Source of the DNA: Octopus vulgaris
Lineage: Eukaryota
NCBI GenBank assembly: GCA_951406725.2
Contig: OX597832.1
Coordinates: forward strand, 18,786,001 to 18,850,000
DNA: 64,000 nucleotides
Reading direction: 5' to 3'
Positions 53,412 through 64,000 of the stretch are shown here, in pieces. Below the pieces are notes generated by a model that saw only the letters and a list, made by a program, of their open reading frames with translations, searched no databases and was not told the origin of the DNA. The number at the start of each line of letters is the position of its first letter. Positions within the stretch are counted from its first letter, which is position 1. The position numbers and the translations under genes are program-made.

Positions 53412-54186
53412 TATTTGAGATTAAAAGAATGTACTTATGTATATATTTATATACATAAGTCAGTTGTATATTTGATTGTACGTGGGTGTATGTATGTGTG
53501 TGTATGTGTTTGTGCGCGTGCACGTGTGCACACATGCGTATGTTCGTACGTGACTCCTAACAAGTCAAACTATATATAAATGTACCAGAACGTACCTGAG
53601 CGTCCGGACGTTTATATTATTTTGCCATAATTTTTTTATATATTTCCTTTTGCTTTTCTCTCCATGCACTTAATAATGCCCAACATTTTTAACAATATAT
53701 AAATTTTCAACGACACATTTCATACAACATTTCTTCACTATAGCGTCTCATGGATGATTCTATACTAATAGGTGTGAGAAATTTAGTCTTTAAATTTCTC
53801 CTTGATTACATCTCAGTGAATCACCGATCTAACCTTAGACAATTGTTGACCTATGCCAAGCGAAGCGAAATGGGACTATTGTCGTTCTTATTTTTTATCG
53901 TTCAATCAACCAATGCTCGCAAACGCAGAAACGAGCTCACTAAAAATCACACAGCCCCACAAACCGCAACAAATACGTACAGACACATACGTACAGACAC
54001 ACACACACGCACACGAACGGATACACACATACACATACAGATGCTCATACACGTACATACAACTTCACACATGTACAATAATCACGATCAGGTTTTCTGG
54101 AGACAACGAACGTGTCATTGGGTTTAACGAGACGTCATTGCCGTGAACTCAAAGAAGGAAAAAATGTATTCATATTTGTGTGTGTG

Positions 54187-54252
<66 letters not shown>

Positions 54253-54267
54253 TATATATATACATAG

Positions 54268-54314
<47 letters not shown>

Positions 54315-54492
54315 TATATATATATATACATAGACATATATATATATATACGTAGGCAAACACGCAACATACAAACACGTAGATATACATAACTACATAC
54401 ATACATACATACATATATCTATGTAAATATATATACATATATATATATATACATAAATATATATAGATATAGATATACATATATATACAGAC

Positions 54493-54541
<49 letters not shown>

Positions 54542-55318
54542 AATATATATATCTATATATATATAAGTACATACATATATGTATATAAATATATATATAT
54601 ACATTTATGTATGTATGTATGTATGTATGTAATAGAGGATATGCATAAATAAAAACGTTGATTTCAACCATATAGTTTTGTGAGGGAAGAGTGCAATAAC
54701 TTAAGTTTACATTATTGCTTACGATTAAATTTAGTTTTACATTTTCGTAGTATGAATGCATAACTATTACTAGAACCCTTTGGACTGTTTTGCTTAAGAT
54801 TAAGTACCATTCTAGTTGTATATTCATGTAAGTCACTCTTGTGACTTTTTACTCAAATGCGTTCTCGGCTTGCAGCTGCTTCTTGGAACCTTCAAGTTAA
54901 ATATACTACTGTATTATACACTTAGTAAAGCATAAGGCACGGTAATTCTTACCGCGTTGTAGCTTGTTTATCTTCATAGGAATTAGAACAAGCATATGTT
55001 CTGGCACCCAGAGATGGACATGTCAAGGAGAAGAAATCAGTGCGATATTGACCATCTCTTTGCAGACGGAAAAATAGGTTTGCTTGGAGCATAGGTTTAT
55101 ATCTAGAATTTTAAAAAAGCAATAAAAGCACCTTTCCTTTAGTGAAGCAAAACCAACATCCTAGAATGCAAAACACTGGAAAAAGTCAGGTGGGACCTCT
55201 ACTCTGTAGGGAGCGACGTTTTGAAGGAAAAATGTACTCTATATTGGCATTTAGCACTCTTTCTAACCTTGTTACTCTGCATAAATACATAATTGCATAC
55301 GGACACACAAACATACAC

Positions 55319-55390
<72 letters not shown>

Positions 55391-55475
55391 ACATAAATAC
55401 ACACGATATATATATATATATATATATATATTTATGTTTATATATATATATATATATATATATATGCGTATACAC

Positions 55476-55532
<57 letters not shown>

Positions 55533-55923
55533 CATACATAAATCCATGTATAAATATATATTCTTATATACCTATGCATGTATATAAGCATTTAAAAGAA
55601 AATTATTTTATGTATTATCAGGGTCATAATTAGATAAATTACATGAAAGCAGTATGTACAATAACAGTTTAATTTCAAAGGCTTACGAATAATTGAAATT
55701 ACAATACATAATTCAAAGATAATTTAAGAAAGTATGTGAGTGAGAAAGGACCGAAAAAGACTTTTTGTGGTGTTACATTGAGTGTTATACACATAACATA
55801 ATTGGCCCCATGTGTAGTATATCATTCAGTGTATTATATAATACCCTTATCAGTTTAGTCTCTTTGCATTCATTGCCATGTATTTATTCAATGCCTCTAC
55901 GAAATGAAAATATAATAGTCCTG

Positions 55924-55963
<40 letters not shown>

Positions 55964-56087
55964 GATACAAGTACATGTATATATATATGTATATATACAT
56001 ATGCATATTTTTGTATATATATATATATGTGTGTATACTATTATTTCTGTGTTCTAACTTTTAAATTTTACATATATATATATATGT

Positions 56088-56204
<117 letters not shown>

Positions 56205-56340
56205 CCTATATATATATGTATATACATATATATGTGTATATATATGTATACACATATATATATATGTGTATATATATATATACATATATATTATATATTT
56301 ATATGTATATTTATATATCCATCACATACACGCACACACA

Positions 56341-56448
<108 letters not shown>

Positions 56449-57624
56449 CAGATGGTCTGCATTATTATGCCGACATATTCGATTTTCAAAAACTATTCCC
56501 TCTCCTTTTGATACATCAATGAAAATGTCCCTATCAAGCATACAAACTTCACAACAGACTATCAGACTATTACGAAATATTTGTTCCTTTCCATTAATAT
56601 TATTTCTGATTTACATTTAGTAGAATCAATTTATTTCCACCTTTTGTAATATGTACTTCTTTCATTACATCTATCTACTTACTAGTGAGATAAATGCACA
56701 ATCCTTAATTTCATGAAAGCCAAGGCTTCCTTGATTTACAGATTGACTGCATTATTCGTACATGTGTGTTCTGTATTATATTCAATTTTCATTCTTTTCC
56801 ATATATATCACCAAATTATTTGTATCCTTTATGCTTCGATTAGCTTCTAATACCCGGCCATTCTTTGCTGTGTTTTACGCTCATCTTGTGATAATAGGAA
56901 CTGAATCCTTCACAGAAACAGTACAATTCATTCTATAAAATTTAATATTTTATTCTCTATCCTTTTATTCATCGAAATCCAAATACGTTTTTTCTTATAT
57001 TACAAGATACTCATTATTGTATTATAGATGTCCTTTTAGATCTACTCGTAACTATTTAATATTCAAATGTTTGTCTATATGTATGTGTCTCTATGCATCT
57101 AATGTCTTTTTATGTTGTCAAAATCTAAGACCGTACCCATTAACCTTTCATAAGTTACCCGAGACAGGTATGAAGTAGGGAGGAGCTTCTGCTCAGGCTA
57201 GGGACTACGTTCCATTGCATTTTATGAACGTGAACCTTCTAATTGTACCCAGACGATTGTGCTAAATGGGAGACGGATTAATCTTCACTGATGTAGACCA
57301 TGGCAAAATTCGAAATCAGAACACAGAAATCCGGAACAAATAGCGCCAGATGATCAGTCCGGCATTCTTCTCACCTGTCATCAAATCGACTGCTTTCACC
57401 AGTTCGCTGACTCACGCATACATTTTTTTTTTAATATTTAGTTTCAGCTCACGAGATGTAGTCGTGCTGGGGCACTGCCATTTGGTGTTGCAACATAATT
57501 TTACTTCACGAATGCTTTTTAGGAATTGCGCACTTTCATACTTAAATGCCCACATAAATACATATAGACATGAACACACACATTCATAGACACAAAACAC
57601 ACACATATACACACATACACACAA

Positions 57625-57694
57625 ATAGATAGATAGATAGATGGATATATGGATGGATGAATGGATAGATAGATATATAGATAGATAGATAGAC

Positions 57695-57778
<84 letters not shown>

Positions 57779-57865
57779 GAATGGACGGACGGACGGACGG
57801 ACGGATGGACGTACGGATGGATGAATGGATGGATAGATAGATAAATAGACAGACAGGCAGACAGA
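57625..57865. repeat. Compound (TAGA)n/(GGAC)n/(GGAT)n tetranucleotide microsatellite
   Basis: Directly visible. Confidence 0.95.
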
Positions 57866-58169
57866 GAAGAACGAAATATATTTGTATAAAGACAGATAAT
57901 TTTTTTTCGCTTGAAATGGAGCACCAGATCTTCAGCAGTGAAATTTTTATCGGGAGACAATTCCCCATTCAAATTTGTGTGAATACAGAATAGATGGAGC
58001 CAGAATAGAGAAGCCCCTGAGCACTACTATCCAATGACGTCGTTGAAAGCTTATCCTGTGTTTTTCAACATATTTCCAAAGTGATAAAGTTCTCCCTGAA
58101 TTATCTCCTCCGAATTGTTCTTTCCAAACTTCTCGAACGTCTCGAATATGACTTTGTACCAATAGGAAC

Positions 58170-58237
<68 letters not shown>

Positions 58238-59337
58238 ATGTGTGTGTGTGTTTTGTTTGTTTGTGGAAGTGTGCCAGCAGAATTGTTATCAATAGACGAG
58301 GAACATCGATGCATGTGCGTTTCAACCCTGAAATGTAAAACTCTGTCTTGAGTGAGGTGGTAGTGTTTACAAATTCAACGCTCATTGTCTCTTCCGGATA
58401 CCAACCATAACTACTTCCTCTTACTACTTATACAGTAATGAATATACATACATATACATATACACACACGTGTATCTCTATCTCAATATATCTATATATT
58501 ATGCATATACATACACACAATAGGACGATTAATGAACAAAAACAAGAAAAAACACATGGACAATTTTTTAAAATTTATATTAGTCTGAGGCTTGAAAAGA
58601 AAGAGAAAGACTCTTTAACATTTCGGACGTTAGTTCTTCCTCAAAAACAAACAAACGAACAAAATAACGGGAAGAAATACGGTGGAAAGGAGGGACACTA
58701 TACAAGACCTGTTTAAGGAATGGCTGGCAATGTGGTTCTACATGCTGGAGTTCGGAAGATTGTGTTTAGCCAGGGATATTTCAGAGCATATTGTTTTACA
58801 AATAATCTTTCGTTTTTATGTTTATTTCCCTATTAGTAAACCTTAAATAGCTTCAGTATTTGGGTTTATAATTTCCATAATCTGCTTGACACTAACTAGT
58901 AGGTGCATTTTTTCTGTCAAAATACCGATTTATCCTTCTACTCATGCTAGCTTTTTATTGTAACAAACTGAATATCACTAATGATAACCATCTGGTTTCG
59001 ATTTTTCGCTGGAAGCTTTTACCTATTGTAAAGAAAATCTTAATAATCCTTCTTACGAAAGGAATTTAGTAATGAATATTCTGGTTTCAAACTAAATTTT
59101 GTTGCAACTGGTCGGAGTGAATCAATGTTTAAGCACCAAGTTCCACGTATATATTTTTTTATTTCTTTCAGAGTTTATATCACGGGAATGATTTCACAGT
59201 TACTCTGGAAACTGTAAAGAACTGTAATGCTGTTCAACATTTCGCTGTTTGTAAAAAATAGCAATTACAATAATTCCTCATTTATAGGTATCAAAATAAC
59301 TTTAATTTATGTTATTGCCCATTAGATTCGCTTAAAG

Positions 59338-59596
59338 TGGAGGCGTGTGGCTTACTGGTTAGGGTGTCAGAATCATGATCGTAAGATTGGGGTTTCGATT
59401 CCTAGACCGGGCGACGCGTTGTGTTCTTGAGCAAAACACTTCATTTCGCGTTGCTCCTGTCAACTCAGATGGCGAAAATGAGTAAGCTGCTTTGGATTGG
59501 CCTCCCGTCCAGCTGGAAAACACATAGGCCATTGAAACTGGGAAACCGGGCCCATAAACCTGGCTAGGTTTTAAAAGGGCGCATTATTTATTTATT
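59338..59596 (+). mobile_element. SINE family C with 16-bp TSD
   Basis: Full head, body and tail; TSD attagattcgcttaaa at 59321-59336 and 59597-59612. Confidence 0.92.
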
Positions 59597-59954
59597 ATTA
59601 GATTCGCTTAAATATTAATATGACTAGATTAAGATAAGGTATTAAAAATAATTTTTTAAAAGCGATGAGCCGAATAAATGGGTTTTATGTTCAGTTATTG
59701 TGTGCCAAATGTTTGAGGAGAAAATGGATTTCAAAGATTATGTGAAAGTTCAGCATGTCTGAATATATATGCCTCTTGCTCGATTGCTGACAGGAGTACT
59801 TGGTAATCAGCGTTGGTGTTTCGGCATCGCCGAAAGCACTGGATTGAACAACTAAAAGAGCAAAAGTATGGATACGCCTGAAAAAACTAAAGTATCATCT
59901 CATGCTATATTATGCTATTTTTGCTGTTTTCCCGGTTTCTGAAAATGTATCAAT

Positions 59955-60041
<87 letters not shown>

Positions 60042-60403
60042 CTGTGTGCATGGATGTATCTTTATTTGTGTACTAATGTTTTGTATGTTTACATTATTTT
60101 GCGCTCTATATCAGGTAAATTATCTCAATATCGATCAGAGAAACCAGGATATTTGCGACCCTTCCTTCTTCAGTAACCTATATACACTTTTCTGTAATTC
60201 ACACTAGCAGATATGCGAGGAAGCAATGTCTGGCCCGTTGGAAACCTGTGACACTTGATGTCAATTTTTATATGCAATGAACAAATATATTTTAAATTCT
60301 CTACCATTTATATAGGGTCGCATTTTGCAGGATCTTTAGGACAAAAAATATATTTGTATACACGCACACGCACACGCATACATACACAAAGACACACACA
60401 CAC

Positions 60404-60463
<60 letters not shown>

Positions 60464-62009
60464 CTATGCATGTCTTGAAAGGTCTCCGTTTTCAGCCTAA
60501 TCAATTATCTTAACCATAGATATATACATTGCCTTTGATTGGTTTTAGATAACAAAATATCTGTATAGACAGACTGTCTGTAATGATACACGTCAGGCGG
60601 CAAGGTGGCAGAATAATTTGAACGCTACAACGTTCGATCATTTCGGGGTCGATAAAATGAAATACCACTCAATTACTGAAATTGCTGTTATCCATTTGCT
60701 TTTCCCTTCAATACACACACATGCGCACACAAACCCACACACATATATATACATATTTGTGTATATATATATGTACATATATATATATATACATATAGGT
60801 ATGCGTGTATATATATAAATATATACATATATATATATATATATAGATCTAGATATAGATATAGATATAGAAATATATACATATACATATTCATGTCTGT
60901 GTGTGTCTACATTCTACCTTCATAGCTGCAACGGATTGGTGTCCTGTTCAGAGTAATATTGATACTTTGATCACATGAAATATGATCAAACTTCGTTCCC
61001 CGACCATAGCCTTACAAGGCCTTTTTCCCCGGATTATTTGGTGAATATATTCCCCACTGGGGCAGAATACCCGTCAGTCGGTGGATTACTATGTTTTGGC
61101 AAATGGATGAACTAGAGTAACGCGAATTAGTGTGTTTCGCTTCTGATCTTAAGGCATAAGCAAACCCTAGAATCGAAACTAAATTGCAAGGATCATGAGA
61201 ACAACGCCCGAAGCACAAGACAACGATCCTCTTCCAGGGACAGATACACGCCATGGAAACGATCTAGCGAATCCAAGAACTTGAGAAGAACTAAAGTAAA
61301 TATCGTTTGCAGATGGTACATGGTAGATATCTAAGCATAAAAATAAGCTTCAGACTTAAGAATCTAACCTGCGACTTCGTATATAGATGCACAAGATGTC
61401 TGATCAGAAGCGAGAAACTGCCCGATTAAAACAAACTGTATATATGTATGTACTTTAAATGTGAAGTCTGAATATAAGGTTAATAGTTCTGCAAAGTATG
61501 ATAACATTGAATATGCATTGTCACGCAATCGAGATTTAAACACAAAGCATTGAAATACTATAAGGCATCTAGTCCGGCGATACAAAGTTTCGGTTTAGTA
61601 TGCAAATATTGATAATACTTGTAGCCAGATACAGTTCTATGTACGTATGTATGTATGTATGTATGTATATTTCTTTGTCTCCCCATGTATGTATGCATTT
61701 ATGTATGCATGCGTGTATGTATGCGTGTGTGTATGTATGTATTTGTGTGTATGTATGTATGTATGCATGTATGTATGTATGAATGTGTGTATGTATGTAA
61801 GAATGTGTGTATGTATGTATCGACGTATGTATGCATGCATGTATGTATGTGTGTGCGTGCATATGTGCTCGCACTGACGTGTGAGAATGTGTATATGGAT
61901 GTATATGTACATACATATATGTATGTATGTTTGTATATATACAGACACGCACAAATATATACAGGGAGAGTGTGGGGAGACAGAGAAAGAGAGAGTTAGA
62001 TTTACATAT

Positions 62010-62065
<56 letters not shown>

Positions 62066-62920
62066 GTGTGTGTATGTGTGTGTGTGTGTAAAATTCAGTG
62101 GTGATTATGTAACATTCATGCAGTGCTACAAGGCGTTGCTGAGGTGAAACGAAATAGTTATTTCGACTCAAACGTCTCGGTAGTGCACGGCATACATTTA
62201 AATGAACTGTCAGATGCAGAATGTACTTGAACTAGGTTCCCGATAGCGTGAAGGCCAAGGTTTTAGCCACTGGGCCACATACAATGTAAATAAGGTGAAT
62301 CACTTCACAGATGTCTCGGAAAAAGCAGAATTATTTTTAGTTTTGTTGGAAAGCAAGCGGCGCTCATGTAAGATTAATTAAATAGACTTAACCAATCCCG
62401 TGCACCTGTTATTGTTTAATTGCTTCACGACAAAACGGCCGGTAGTGTATATACCAACCTGTATATGCATATATATATATATATACGTATGCGTGCATGT
62501 ATGTATGTTTGTATATATGTATATTCATGCATGAATGTAGGTTTGTGTGTGTATGTGTGCGTGCGCGTGTGCTTGTACGTATGTCTGCATGTGCAGATGA
62601 ATATGAATAACAATATTCATATATATATATGTATACGTGTGTGTGTCTATACCCGTGGATTATATATAAATATATATATATATATATATAGAAAGAGAGA
62701 GAGAGAGAAATATATACATATACATATACATATATATGTGTATATATATTTGTATACATACGCACAAACCCATAGACACACAAACTCTAACACATGCATA
62801 GTAATATGCATATATATATGTGTGTGTGTGTGAGTGTGTGTGTCTGTATGCGTGTATGTATATATATATATATATATCCATATCTCTCTCAATATATATA
62901 TATATATATTTATACATATG

Positions 62921-62953
<33 letters not shown>

Positions 62954-62971
62954 ATACATGCATATATACAT

Positions 62972-63079
<108 letters not shown>

Positions 63080-63373
63080 GTATGTATGTATATGCAATGG
63101 GTAAATGTGCACATCATCTTGTGTTCATATGTATTTCGTTTTCCTTTGCTCGACGTATATTCCTTCAGTGCGTGCGGAATACGATTAATGTATCTCCCTT
63201 CTCTTGACAATTTTCGCTATTATAGACGGTACGCATTTTCTAATTTACACACAGAAATATGTGATAAAAGAAATATATAAATATCATAAACAAGGAAGTA
63301 AAATGAAATTGCTCCAGAACAATGTATTTCACTAACAATATGACACAAAAATGTATGTCCAACATAAGTATAC

Positions 63374-63554
<181 letters not shown>

Positions 63555-63555
63555 G

Positions 63556-63622
<67 letters not shown>

Positions 63623-63739
63623 TGTATTTGTGTGTTTCATATATAGTAAGACATTTTTTTCATTTTTCACGCGTGCACGTTATTTATTTTGTATTTTGTC
63701 GACTGAACAGTATACTAGGGTCTGTTGGGCACCGTCTGT

Positions 63740-64000
63740 GAGAAAATCAGCATCTTGACGCAATTCACCCGGACTGAAATTTGGAAATGATATGTTGTAC
63801 TGTTTCGCATTCGGCCGGCAAGTTCCAATAAGAACATTTCAGAGTGGTTAGATGTCAATCTGAGGACATGTACCGAGAGTGATAGAAATCAAACATCCTT
63901 TCGACATCATGGTGTTTAAAGTGATAACTTGTGATGGCGACATTATGCCTCCATTCATCTGCCTACAAGACCCCAGACTCAAAGCGGAGGCCTACATCGA
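63740..64000 (+). mobile_element. Internally deleted Tc1/mariner (DD37D/maT-like) transposase remnant running off the window
   Basis: Translation VPRVIEIKHPFDIMVFKVITCDGDIMPPFICLQDPRLKAEAYI resembles the 'TKxPxxVMVxGVVSSEGxVMPPxFFxxGLRxNxxxYI' DDD-domain segment; an HTH-like stretch with a stop lies upstream. Confidence 0.65.

Noticed and set aside
57900-58170. Complex-sequence ORFs on the minus strand
   Set aside because: No recognisable motif or clear splice sites; possibly an unidentified transposon remnant.

Overview
AT-rich, microsatellite-saturated eukaryotic DNA that is intronic or intergenic. The repeat content (tRNA/CORE-type SINEs, Dong/R4 LINE remnants, extreme (TA)n/(CA)n/(AAT)n density) points to an octopus genome; this is an inference from recognising the repeat families. 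I found no convincing host protein-coding gene, and almost every ORF in the track is a translated microsatellite. The window contains about 25 SINE copies from 5 modular families (labelled A, B, C, D and F here). It also holds four Dong/R4 (RLE) LINE fragments, CR1 and RTE fragments, a Tc2/pogo-like MITE, a non-autonomous Helitron and a Tc1/mariner remnant. The most interesting signals are: (1) a tRNA-derived SINE that inserts as TSD-flanked dimers and trimers with a fixed junction at its anticodon-like loop, suggesting a processed or circular RNA template; (2) short (TA)n-anchored repeats carrying minimal type I hammerhead ribozyme folds; (3) a recurring 'arm - inverted arm - repeated inverted arm' palindrome architecture, often centred on (AT)n, that implies iterative template switching; (4) head/body/tail shuffling among the SINE families. 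Coordinates were read by eye, so the ends of degraded repeats are approximate.
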